Shown: positions 8,866-17,610 of the stretch, piece by piece
Layout of the letters: each line of letters opens with the position of its first letter
Numbering within the stretch: position 1 is the stretch's first letter
Source of the DNA: Desulfocapsa sulfexigens DSM 10523
GTDB lineage: Bacteria > Desulfobacterota > Desulfobulbia > Desulfobulbales > Desulfocapsaceae
Reading direction: 5' to 3'
NCBI RefSeq assembly: GCF_000341395.1
Contig: NC_020304.1
Location: 1,770,001 to 1,802,000, forward strand
Length of the DNA stretch: 32,000 nt
Translations under genes and position numbers: made by a program
The notes under the pieces: model-generated
The model's input: the letters and a program-made list of their open reading frames with translations, nothing else
Told to the model about the DNA's origin: nothing
Database searches by the model: none

Positions 8866-9093
8866 ATGATTGAAAAATCAGCAAAGGTGTTCAGTTTCTA
8901 TCGTGATGGTTTTGCACAGATGACGGTGGGGAAGACCCTGTGGAAGATTATTTTTATAAAGCTTCTTGTCATGTTTGCAGTACTCAAGCTGTTCTTTTTT
9001 CCAAATTATTTAAACACCAATTTTGAGACAGATGAACAACGTGGTGATTATGTCCTGGAGCAACTGATCAGGCCAGTCACTAATACTAACTAA
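8866..9093 (+). CDS. Small membrane protein, DUF4492-like, associated with cytochrome bd
   Basis: The 75-aa ORF has an AGGAGG ribosome-binding site. The stretch FYRDGFAQMTVGKTLWKIIFIKLLVMFAVLKLFFFPNYL resembles, from memory, the DUF4492 family that precedes cydA in Bacteroidota and other anaerobes. Confidence 0.6.
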   Translation: MIEKSAKVFSFYRDGFAQMTVGKTLWKIIFIKLLVMFAVLKLFFFPNYLNTNFETDEQRGDYVLEQLIRPVTNTN

Positions 9094-9108
9094 TCGAGGG
9101 AGGAAAAA

Positions 9109-10641
9109 ATGATTGATGTGGATCCCAGTTTGGTGAACTGGTCAAGGGCGCAATTTGCGTTCACGGCCATGTATCATTGGATTTTTGTACCATTGACACT
9201 TGGATTGTCATTTCTCTGCGCCTTTTATGAGACTATCTATCTCAAAACAGGAAATGAAGAGTGGAAAAAAATTACCCGTTTCTGGATGACGCTTTTTGGT
9301 ATAAACTTCGCCATCGGCGTTGCGACTGGTATCATTCTTGAATTTGAGTTTGGGACTAACTGGTCCAATTATTCCTGGATGGTCGGTGATATCTTTGGTG
9401 CACCACTGGCCGTTGAAGGTATTTTTGCCTTTTTTATGGAAGCAAGTTTTTTTGCCGTTATGTTTTTTGGCTGGAACAGAGTCTCTAAAGGTTTTCACTG
9501 TTTTTCCACCTGGATGGTAGCCATTGGTTCTAACCTGTCTGCAGTTTGGATTCTTGTTGCAAATGGCTGGATGCAGAATCCAGTAGGTATGGCCTTCAAT
9601 GCTGATACTGCACGTTTTGAAATGCAGAGTTTTGCCGATGTAGTCTTTAATCCCGTGGCGGTTTCCAAGTTCACCCATACCTCTTCGTCAGGATTTGTTA
9701 TGGCTTCAGCCTTTGTACTGACAATTTCCTGTTGGTATCTGATCAAAGGCAGACACGTTGAGATGGCGAAAAAATCCATCGTGGTTGCTTCAGTCTTTGG
9801 TCTGGTTGCTTCTGTTTTTGTAGCCTTTACCGGTGATGAGGCGGCGTATGAAGTTGCTCAGAAACAGCCAATGAAGCTTGCTGCCATGGAGGGACTGTAC
9901 AAGGGTGAAAGGGGTGCCGGACTCGTGGCCATGGGTATTGTCAACTCGGCAAAAGATCCAGGCGATGTCCAGGATCCATTTCTCTTCGAGGTCAAGATTC
10001 CGCAGCTTCTATCGCTCCTTGCCAACCGTGAAGCAGGATCTTTTGTCCCCGGTATCGATGATCTGGTCTTTGGGAATACGGAAGAAAACATTATGGGAGT
10101 GAACACCATGATGGAAAAAGGAAAGGTTGCCCTTGCCGATCTTGCCGAATTCAAAGAGGCCAGGAAAAACAAATCAGAGGATGTTGCAGCAGCAGCCCTT
10201 GAGCGGTTTAAAGTTAATGAGGAGTTTATGGGCTACGGGTATCTGAGCACCCCGGAGGAGGCTGTTCCTCCAGTATCCACAGTGTTTTATAACTTTCACA
10301 TTATGGCTATTTTAGGTTCCATGTTTCCTGTGATCTTCGGGGCCTTTCTTTTCTTCTCTCTAAAGGGAACTGTAACAGAGAAACGATGGCTGCTTCCTGT
10401 TGGCCTGTTTACAGGACTCCTTGCTTTCCTGGCAGGACAGGCTGGCTGGGTTACAGCTGAAGTCGGTCGGCAGCCCTGGGCTATTCAGGGACTTATGCCG
10501 GTGAAGGTTGCGACAACGAATCTGTCTGTTACTTCAGTTCAGATTACGTTTGCAATGTTTGCAGTGGTTTTTACCCTGCTGCTGATTGCTGAAATATCGA
10601 TCATGCTGAAACAGATCGCCATTGGACCGGAGGTACACTGA
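9109..10641 (+). CDS. cydA: Cytochrome bd-type quinol oxidase subunit I
   Basis: The 510-aa polytopic membrane protein shows typical CydA blocks (FAFTAMYHWIFVPLTLG, GINFAIGVATGIILEFEFGTNW, a Q-loop region, GWVTAEVGRQPW). A GGGAGGA ribosome-binding site precedes it. Confidence 0.95.
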   Translation: MIDVDPSLVNWSRAQFAFTAMYHWIFVPLTLGLSFLCAFYETIYLKTGNEEWKKITRFWMTLFGINFAIGVATGIILEFEFGTNWSNYSWMVGDIFGAPLAVEGIFAFFMEASFFAVMFFGWNRVSKGFHCFSTWMVAIGSNLSAVWILVANGWMQNPVGMAFNADTARFEMQSFADVVFNPVAVSKFTHTSSSGFVMASAFVLTISCWYLIKGRHVEMAKKSIVVASVFGLVASVFVAFTGDEAAYEVAQKQPMKLAAMEGLYKGERGAGLVAMGIVNSAKDPGDVQDPFLFEVKIPQLLSLLANREAGSFVPGIDDLVFGNTEENIMGVNTMMEKGKVALADLAEFKEARKNKSEDVAAAALERFKVNEEFMGYGYLSTPEEAVPPVSTVFYNFHIMAILGSMFPVIFGAFLFFSLKGTVTEKRWLLPVGLFTGLLAFLAGQAGWVTAEVGRQPWAIQGLMPVKVATTNLSVTSVQITFAMFAVVFTLLLIAEISIMLKQIAIGPEVH

Positions 10642-10643
10642 AA

Positions 10644-11792
10644 ATGATATCTAATTTAGATTATGTGACGCTGCAGCAGCTCTGGTGGATTATCTGCTCA
10701 GTTGTTGGTTCGCTTTTTCTTTTTCTTACTTTTGTTCAGGGAGGCCAGACGCTTCTCTGGCAGGTGGCCAAAACAGATACTGAAAGTGCCTTTGTCATCA
10801 ACTCGCTTGGAAGAAAATGGGAACTTCCATTCACCACTCTGGTGTTATTTGGAGGGGCTCTGTTTGCCTCATTCCCGAAATTTTATTCCACAAGTTTTGG
10901 TGGTGCTTACTGGGTGTGGATACTTATCCTGTTTACTTTTATTATTCAGGCGGTGAGTTATGAGTACAGGACAAAGCCTGGTAACGTATGGGGCTCAAAA
11001 ACCTACGAACTCTTTATGTTTATTAACGGTTCCGTCGGGGTTCTACTTATTGGTGCGGCTGTCGGAACCTTCTACACCGGTTCTGCTTTCTCACTCAACA
11101 GTATGAATCAGGTGACCTGGGAGTATACCTTGGGTGGTGTTAACCTTCGTGGGCTTGAGGCTGCCTTTTCACTTTTCAATCTGTCACTTGGGCTCTTTCT
11201 TGTCTTCAATGCCCGAGTACTTGGAGCATTATATCTTCTCAACAGCCTCGATCTTGTTGCTGTTACCGAAATGGAAAAGAGATTACGCAAGGCTGTCTGG
11301 ATAAATTTTCTCTGTTCCCTTCCCTTTCTTCTCTACGTGGTGGTTTCAATACTCCTCAGGGACGGATTTGGTGTTGATGAGAGTGGTGTGGTTTCCATGG
11401 TTTCTTTTAAATATTTTCTTAACCTGCTTGCCTTGCCTCATCTTCTTGTTCTGCTCCTTGCCGGACTTGGATTGGTTATCTGGGGTGTGATGCTGGGTGC
11501 ATTTAAGGGAAGTGTCAAAGGCATATGGCCTGCCGGTCTTGGGACCGTACTGGTTGGATTGTGTGTCCTCTGTCTGCCCGCCTTCAACTCCACAGCTTTT
11601 TACCCTTCAACCTTTGATTTGCAGTCGAGCTTGACCATCTTTAATGCCTCTTCAAGCAAGTTTACCCTGAGTACCATGACCTATGTGGCACTTGGCGTTC
11701 CTTTTGTACTTGCCTATGTGGCGTATCTTTGGAAGATGATGGATTCCAAAAAACTGTCAACCGAGGATGCCTTGGATCACGAAGCATATTAA
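10644..11792 (+). CDS. cydB: Cytochrome bd-type quinol oxidase subunit II
   Basis: The 382-aa membrane protein starts 2 nt after the cydA stop, with GGAGG upstream. The N-terminus (LQQLWWIICSVVGSLFLFLTFVQGGQ) and overall topology are typical of CydB. Confidence 0.95.
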   Translation: MISNLDYVTLQQLWWIICSVVGSLFLFLTFVQGGQTLLWQVAKTDTESAFVINSLGRKWELPFTTLVLFGGALFASFPKFYSTSFGGAYWVWILILFTFIIQAVSYEYRTKPGNVWGSKTYELFMFINGSVGVLLIGAAVGTFYTGSAFSLNSMNQVTWEYTLGGVNLRGLEAAFSLFNLSLGLFLVFNARVLGALYLLNSLDLVAVTEMEKRLRKAVWINFLCSLPFLLYVVVSILLRDGFGVDESGVVSMVSFKYFLNLLALPHLLVLLLAGLGLVIWGVMLGAFKGSVKGIWPAGLGTVLVGLCVLCLPAFNSTAFYPSTFDLQSSLTIFNASSSKFTLSTMTYVALGVPFVLAYVAYLWKMMDSKKLSTEDALDHEAY

Positions 11793-11825
11793 GTGCTTCA
11801 AAAATAAGAGAATGAGGAAAACATT

Positions 11826-11918
11826 ATGACAACGTTGTTATTATTGGGGTATGTGGCTGTTATTGTCATATCCTATAAAGGGGCAGTGATCGCACTTGAT
11901 AAATCAGGTCTCTTGTAA
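11826..11918 (+). CDS. Unlisted 30-codon ORF, a candidate small accessory subunit of cytochrome bd (CydX/CydS-like role)
   Basis: The product is MTTLLLLGYVAVIVISYKGAVIALDKSGLL. GAGGA lies 7 nt upstream of the ATG. The ORF starts 33 nt after the cydB stop and lies before the operon terminator. It has a hydrophobic core but no sequence match to E. coli CydX that I can see. Confidence 0.4.
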   Translation: MTTLLLLGYVAVIVISYKGAVIALDKSGLL

Positions 11919-11961
11919 GTTAAAGACGAAGGTAGAATTACCTTTTGTCTGATTATATAGT

Positions 11962-12013
11962 GCACAATGGGAGGCCTGGCCTCCCATTGTGCGTTTTAAG
12001 CGATATTTTTTCC
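11962..12013 (+). terminator. Rho-independent terminator of the rrf2-cydAB operon
   Basis: Perfect 15-nt arms GCACAATGGGAGGCC (11962-11976) and GGCCTCCCATTGTGC (11978-11992) are followed by GTTTTAAGCGATATTTTTTCC. Confidence 0.75.
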
Positions 12014-12019
12014 GTAGGT

Positions 12020-14290
12020 ATGAAAGTTATGTCTGAATATGACCAGAAAGTCACTCTACTTGGGTCCAATGTCAAAATTCGTAATCTGCCGATCAAACAG
12101 GTCAGTTTGCTGGAAGAGGGGAATCTCCCAGCTTATGGATACAATCCTGGTGATCACATTGAGCTTATGGCTGGAGATGTGTCGGTGGAATACGGACGTC
12201 TGGAACAGCTTCTGACCTGGCTTACAGCCTATGTAGCAGAATCCGATCTGAGTCCTAGAATTCAGTCCGAGACTTATGGAGAGCAGAAGGATGTCTTTCA
12301 GATTTTCAGAAAATATAGGAATGTTGATGTCGAGCGGGCAGATCATGGCTGGTTTATGGTTAATCAGTATTTACCGGCAGGTGGCAGATCGAGCGCTGCA
12401 GAAGACTTTGTGGTGGATGATTCCAACAGAGAACTGTTTACCAATACCGATGGATTGATTGTAATTGATGACTCCGGGCATCCTCCAGAATTTAAGCAGG
12501 AAGACCTGGATCGTAATCCTAATCTCTGGGCTATGGCAATGGGAATCAGTGTGGCCTATTGGGATGACTGGGCCAAAAGGCTTGGTGAGCGGTTTGTTCT
12601 GTTCTGCAGACTTTCAGATCTCGAAACTACCCGTATGGAGATGGATTGTTCCGTTAACTGGGAGACTATAGTGGCCATGTGCTTACGGGCCCTTCGGACG
12701 GATGAGGTTGGCCTCTGGGATCAGAAGCAATTACGCTTTCGATGCCATATCGTGGTGGAAATGTTTCCCCATGGTCTTCTCTATATCGGACCTGATGCTA
12801 TTTTTTTCAGGCATCGTAAGGGGTGTCTGCCGGAAAAGAGTTCCCCGCGGCAGCGTGGTTCAGTACCCTGTTACGACACGCTTCTTCCTGCAATGCTGGC
12901 CATGGATGCTCTACGATTTGGAGAGTTCAATTTCAGTAGGAATTATTTTTTTGATTTCTCGAAACGTGTTCTCAATAATTGGGACCTTCTCTACAGTCAT
13001 GGCTATTATTTTAAGGAAACGCTTGAGTTCCCCAATCTTGATTTTGCTAAAAGTTTTCCAGGCGGTTACGCCTGCTCTTTTGTCGATTCTAGCCCAGATC
13101 CATCCTTCTTTGAACTTCCGCCTCTCTCAGCTGACTTTGAAGTGGTGCTCGATCTTGTTGCTTCCCAGATCTGGTCTGATGAAAAGAAACGAGCCTTGAG
13201 GAGTTTCTTTTATTTTCGAAAGCCCTCTCCATCCATGGATAATATCGCTTTTGGTGCTTCCCATGGATATATGGATGAGATTGTCTCTGTTCTCCATGAT
13301 TTGAAAGAGGAAGTGAACAGGAAAAATGGTTTTGGCAATCTACCAATTTTTCAAGTGGGGCACCTGCGAACGACAGATCCAGCTGAGATTGATCCTGTAA
13401 TCACCCTCCAGAATGTCATGGACTCCTATGTTTCAAAAGACAATGTTCTTCGTCCTTTGTGTCTAGGGGTTTTTGGCCCTCCGGGATCCGGGAAGTCATT
13501 TGCGGTAAAAGAAGTAGCCAGGGTGATTTCGCGAAGGTTTGAAGGGGATCCATTTGATTTCTTTGAATTCAATCTCACCCAGTTTTCTTCTCCCGATGAG
13601 ATAAATTCTGCTATTGAGCCGGTGCGTGCTGCAGTGGCGAGAGGAAAGGTGCCCATCGTCTTCTGGGATGAATTTGATTGCCGCTATGATGGACATGAAT
13701 TTGGCTATCTTCGTTATTTCCTCCCTTCAATGCAGGATGGTGTGACCTATGTGAATGGTATCCCACGTTTTATCGGACGCGCTATTTTTGTTTTTGCAGG
13801 CGGAGTCAAGGCGAGCTGGGGAGGAATGGAGAAGCTTCTTGACCCGACTGACAGGGAGGCCCTGGCCATGATGAAGACCTTGAAAATTCCAGATTTTATG
13901 AGTCGCCTGCGCGTTGTACTGGATATTGACGGTATTGAAATTCCCGATATACTTCTTCGTGATTCTGCCACCAGCACTGATCTTGAAGAATTGCGGAGAA
14001 TTTTGTTGAAACGTGCCTTTATTATCGCCCACCAGATGGATACCCATTGGAAAAAAGCGGCACGAAAAACCTCAGGTCTTTTGCTACGTCTTCTCCTCAG
14101 CCGCTATAAGTTTGGAGCACGCTCCATTGAGGCGGTGATTGAAGCCAGTCGGGCATCTGACAGGTTGGTGTATGGACTTCCAGAACTTATTGCTCCCTCA
14201 GCTGCGAGAATTCATGCTGAATGGCGTATTGACCTTGAGCGAAGGATAGATCTTCTGCGGAAACAGGACGGGATGCGCGCCGTCTGGTAA
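12020..14290 (+). CDS. Large orphan protein: uncharacterised N-terminal region of about 480 aa fused to a classical AAA+ ATPase module
   Basis: Walker A is GVFGPPGSGKSF (13475-13498) and Walker B is IVFWDEFD (13655-13678). There is a sensor-1-like FVFAGG and a C-terminal helical lid. I moved the start to the ATG at 12020 (or 12029) because the ORF-track TTG start at 11945 would read through the cyd terminator hairpin. Confidence 0.75.
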   Translation: MKVMSEYDQKVTLLGSNVKIRNLPIKQVSLLEEGNLPAYGYNPGDHIELMAGDVSVEYGRLEQLLTWLTAYVAESDLSPRIQSETYGEQKDVFQIFRKYRNVDVERADHGWFMVNQYLPAGGRSSAAEDFVVDDSNRELFTNTDGLIVIDDSGHPPEFKQEDLDRNPNLWAMAMGISVAYWDDWAKRLGERFVLFCRLSDLETTRMEMDCSVNWETIVAMCLRALRTDEVGLWDQKQLRFRCHIVVEMFPHGLLYIGPDAIFFRHRKGCLPEKSSPRQRGSVPCYDTLLPAMLAMDALRFGEFNFSRNYFFDFSKRVLNNWDLLYSHGYYFKETLEFPNLDFAKSFPGGYACSFVDSSPDPSFFELPPLSADFEVVLDLVASQIWSDEKKRALRSFFYFRKPSPSMDNIAFGASHGYMDEIVSVLHDLKEEVNRKNGFGNLPIFQVGHLRTTDPAEIDPVITLQNVMDSYVSKDNVLRPLCLGVFGPPGSGKSFAVKEVARVISRRFEGDPFDFFEFNLTQFSSPDEINSAIEPVRAAVARGKVPIVFWDEFDCRYDGHEFGYLRYFLPSMQDGVTYVNGIPRFIGRAIFVFAGGVKASWGGMEKLLDPTDREALAMMKTLKIPDFMSRLRVVLDIDGIEIPDILLRDSATSTDLEELRRILLKRAFIIAHQMDTHWKKAARKTSGLLLRLLLSRYKFGARSIEAVIEASRASDRLVYGLPELIAPSAARIHAEWRIDLERRIDLLRKQDGMRAVW

Positions 14291-14306
14291 GACCGTCTGG
14301 TAAGAC
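14281..14306. repeat. Perfect 13-bp tandem duplication (CGTCTGGTAAGAC x2)
   Basis: Positions 14281-14293 and 14294-14306 are identical. The first copy contains the TAA stop (14288-14290) of the AAA+ gene. Confidence 0.9.
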
Positions 14307-14400
14307 GTTGCGGTTGTAGCAGTAATAATATACCCTTTGTTTATTTGCTGTGAAACACCAGGCTCCGTCAAGAAATTTCAATTACTGCAAAGGAAAGCCT

Positions 14401-14781
14401 ATGGACCTGAAAGCCGCAACTGAAAATGAACGGCCGGATGTCATCCTTGATCTGGAGAGACTGAAGAATAATTGTAACGGAAATGTTGATATTGTAAGAG
14501 AGCTGCTTGCTCATCTGTATCAACGGAGCGGGCCGAAGTGGTTTCTCGGTCTGCAGAATGCGGTTGTGGCTGGAAATACTGAGGAGTTTCGGGAAATCTG
14601 CCATGGTATGAAAGGAGCCAGTGCTACTGTATTTGCCTGGAGAATATCAAATCTTGCACTCGAGTTTGAACGGCTCGCCCGCGATGGAGAGATTGAGAAG
14701 TTACGTGACCGTATGCCAGAGTTGCAAGCAGCTTTTGATGAGTTTGCCCTGTGGGTTAAGCAGTGCCCGGAACTCTCTTGA
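14401..14781 (+). CDS. Stand-alone histidine phosphotransfer (Hpt) domain protein
   Basis: The Hpt signature REICHGMKGASATVFAWRISNLALEFERLAR contains the HxxKG phospho-His motif. I prefer the ATG at 14401, with AAGGAAAG upstream, over the ORF-track start at 14350. Confidence 0.8.
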   Translation: MDLKAATENERPDVILDLERLKNNCNGNVDIVRELLAHLYQRSGPKWFLGLQNAVVAGNTEEFREICHGMKGASATVFAWRISNLALEFERLARDGEIEKLRDRMPELQAAFDEFALWVKQCPELS

Positions 14782-14814
14782 TGGGACTATGCAAAGTGTT
14801 ACGTCAAATGAGCC

Positions 14815-15309
14815 CTACTGTTCGCAGCGAAGAAAAACAGCCTGAACCAGTATGGTTTTGTCAAAGCTGATTTCTGGATTTCCCCAGACCTTGGTGCCCA
14901 AGCCAACAAGTTCACCACCATTGTTCCATTCATTGAATCCGAATTTCCAGCCTAACCATGTTTTACTAAAGGTGTAAACATACTCGGGACCAAAGTATTT
15001 GAAGTGGTTCTCATCAAGTTCCTCATCTTCAACTTCTCTGGACATCCCAACAAGGATCAGATTAGCACCCTTTTCTTCAGCCTCTCTCTGCATGGCGGTG
15101 CTGATTTCTTTTCCCGTCGATGGCATTTTTGTATACATCAGAAGATGTGCGAATGCGGTGCAATCGGCAGGGATGGCCTGTTGCTGAAAGGTGACTTTGC
15201 TGGAAGTCATTTTGGGAAAACTGATCCCTTCGTATTGGGCTGTCTCTGAGAAGCAGCCAGATAAAAAAGTGGCAAGGAAAAGAAGTGAAAAAAGTTTTGT
15301 CTTGTGCAT
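14815..15309 (-). CDS. Hypothetical lipoprotein
   Basis: A signal peptide with a lipobox (MHKTKLFSLLFLATFLSGC) is present. I recognise no family. Confidence 0.65.
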   Translation of the reverse strand: MHKTKLFSLLFLATFLSGCFSETAQYEGISFPKMTSSKVTFQQQAIPADCTAFAHLLMYTKMPSTGKEISTAMQREAEEKGANLILVGMSREVEDEELDENHFKYFGPEYVYTFSKTWLGWKFGFNEWNNGGELVGLGTKVWGNPEISFDKTILVQAVFLRCEQ

Positions 15310-15457
15310 GGTCTACCTGTATAAAAAGAAGGTTGGATGCCGAAGGAAAAACAGAGTTGATGTCACGACAGTGTCATTCTGTAATTGTTTACCCCTAACT
15401 CACAAATATTGAGAGAAAAATACGCGATTTTCTCCTTTTTGACCATTATTTTATTCT

Positions 15458-16525
15458 ATGACATCACTTTCTGTTCGAAACAGTCCTCTTGTTAACATGG
15501 CGGCCTTTGTTGTTGTGGTTGCGGGGATGAAAGTTGCTGCACCACTGGTAGTTCCCTTTTTGCTTGCTGTTTTTCTCGCTATAATCTGTGCTCCACCATT
15601 GTTTTGGATGCAGAATAAAGGTGTTCCGCAAGTTGTGGCCATGTTCCTTATGGTTATGGTGATTTTTGGAATATGGGGCTCACTGGTTACCCTCATTGGC
15701 AGCTCAATGACAGATTTTTCAAAAAATGTGCCGTTGTATCAGGAGCGATTGCTTGAACGAACTGCAGGCCTATGGAGATGGCTGACAGCGCAGGGGGTTA
15801 CTCTTGATCGTACCATTCTTACAGATACCTTTAATCCTGGTAAATTGCTCAAAATGGCAGCCAACACCCTGAATGGTCTTGGTGGGATGCTCACCAACAC
15901 CTTCGTCATTTTTCTTACCTTTTTCTTTATCCTCTCAGAGGCTGCAGGTTTCCCCTGTAAGATGCGAGCAATTCAGGGACAGGATTCCAGTGCTCTTGTT
16001 AAATATGGCGAGATTGCGACCGGGGTGAATCGCTATCTGGGGATTAAGACGCTGACCAGCCTGCTAACTGGTGTAATTATAGGATTTGGTCTTTCGATGC
16101 AGGGGCTTGACTACGCCATAATGTGGGGAGTGGTTGCCTTCCTCCTTAATTTTATTCCGAATATCGGTTCTATCATTGCTGCGATTCCTGCACTCCTTCT
16201 GGCGCTCGTACAGCTTGGTGGCGGTGCTGCACTGATCACCGGCGGCCTGTATCTTGTCGTGAATTTAGTGATTGGTTCTATTGTAGAACCACGAGTTATG
16301 GGTAAGGGGGTCGGACTCTCAGTGCTTGTTGTTTTCCTTTCCCTGGCGTTTTGGGGATGGGTGCTTGGACCGGTTGGTATGCTACTGTCAGTGCCGCTCA
16401 CCATGGCTGTTCGTATTGCGCTGGGAGGTTCTGAAAATACACGCTGGCTTGCGATTCTTCTTTCCTCCAACAGGGCTATAGGGCATATACAACCCGATTG
16501 TGAAAAGGAAAAGATTAAAGAATAG
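15458..16525 (+). CDS. AI-2E family transporter (UPF0118/PerM/YdiK-like permease)
   Basis: The 355-aa polytopic membrane protein has the family's conserved C-terminal blocks (LNFIPNIGSIIAAIPALLLAL, GSIVEPRVMGKGVGLSVLVVFLSLAFWGWVLGPVGMLLSVPLT). Confidence 0.85.
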   Translation: MTSLSVRNSPLVNMAAFVVVVAGMKVAAPLVVPFLLAVFLAIICAPPLFWMQNKGVPQVVAMFLMVMVIFGIWGSLVTLIGSSMTDFSKNVPLYQERLLERTAGLWRWLTAQGVTLDRTILTDTFNPGKLLKMAANTLNGLGGMLTNTFVIFLTFFFILSEAAGFPCKMRAIQGQDSSALVKYGEIATGVNRYLGIKTLTSLLTGVIIGFGLSMQGLDYAIMWGVVAFLLNFIPNIGSIIAAIPALLLALVQLGGGAALITGGLYLVVNLVIGSIVEPRVMGKGVGLSVLVVFLSLAFWGWVLGPVGMLLSVPLTMAVRIALGGSENTRWLAILLSSNRAIGHIQPDCEKEKIKE

Positions 16526-16582
16526 GGCTTCTTAAGCGAAATCGTAAACTTCAAGAACTCTTAATGATTTTGAGCAGTGATG

Positions 16583-17490
16583 TTACACTACAGTGGGCCT
16601 GCGGTTGATAAGGTAGAGGCCTGAAAACACAAGGGCACCACCGATGAGGAGTGATGTGTCGAGGTGCTCCCCAAGCAGCAGTGTGCCAAGAAGGACAGCA
16701 CTCACCGGTACAAGATTGACATACATTACTGCCCTGCTTGCACCTAGTTTTTTCACTCCGTCGTAAAACCAGATAAATCCAAGAGTTGTTCCGAAAAAGG
16801 CGAAGTAAAAAATACAACCAACACCGGTCAGACTCAGTTTGTCGAGTTCGGTTAAATGGCCACTGAGTAGAGCTGTGAGAAGAAGCAAAATGGCCCCAAT
16901 GGTGCAAGAGTATGCAACAGCAATGAGCGGCTTAATATCTTGAAGCAGTCGTTTTCCGATGAGGGTATAAGCGGCCCAGCTGATTACACAACCGACCATG
17001 TAGACTTCCCCCATCCCACCGCCGATATCACCATTGAAAATAGAAAAAGGATGACCTCTTGTAATAACTGTCAGAGCACCGCAGACGGACAGTACCATGC
17101 CAATGGAGCGTACGAAATCACAGCGTTCTCTAAAGAAGAATATAGCTAGCAAGGTGGTAATAACGGGAGTGACTGCAATTATCATGGAGGCTCGTCCCGC
17201 TTCTACAGTCTGCAGGCCGGTAAAAAAGAAAATGTTGTAGGAATACACACCTGTTAATCCCAGCAGAGCCATGGCACCCCACTGCTTCAATGAAAGTAGA
17301 GGAAGGGTTCTGTGCCGTATGAGGATGACGGTTAAAAGCATTGCTGAGGCGGAAATGAAGCGAAGTGAAGATGCTATCAGGGGGTGAAGTTCCTCTGCAA
17401 GCAGACGCCCGCTACAAAGGTTCCTCCCCAGAAGACCGTGGTGAGGATCAGGCGGATATGAACACCTGGAAGGACTGCTGTTTCGGCCAT
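16583..17490 (-). pseudogene. EamA/DMT family transporter disrupted by a 1-nt frameshift (or a sequencing error)
   Basis: The N-terminal frame from the ATG at 17490 reads MAETAVLPGVHIRLILTTVFWGGTFVAGVCLQRNFTP*. A different frame continues ...RLLAEELHPLIASSLRFISASAMLLTVILIRH... into the 252-aa ORF 16583..17341. Joined, the two pieces give a normal EamA protein of about 300 aa. The junction is at about 17405-17409. Confidence 0.7.
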
Positions 17491-17610
17491 GGCGATACTC
17501 TGTGAAATAAAAAGTCTACGGAAATGAAGCTGCAGACCATATCCTGAATACCGCAGTTTTGCCAAGGATTATAAAAGGGGTACCGTGTGTTTATTTAGAG
17601 ACCCTGGGTG

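Noticed and set aside
11945-12019. The ORF-track TTG start gives a 781-aa version of the AAA+ protein.
   Set aside because: The extra 25 codons read straight through the 15-bp-stem cyd operon terminator (11962-11992). ATG codons at 12020 and 12029 lie just after the T-tract.
15385-15395. The 11-mer TGTTTACCCCT is shared with copy B of the intergenic element (28660-28670).
   Set aside because: None of the other element blocks (GAGTACCGGTTTACTT, the second TACCGGT) is present nearby, so this is most likely chance.
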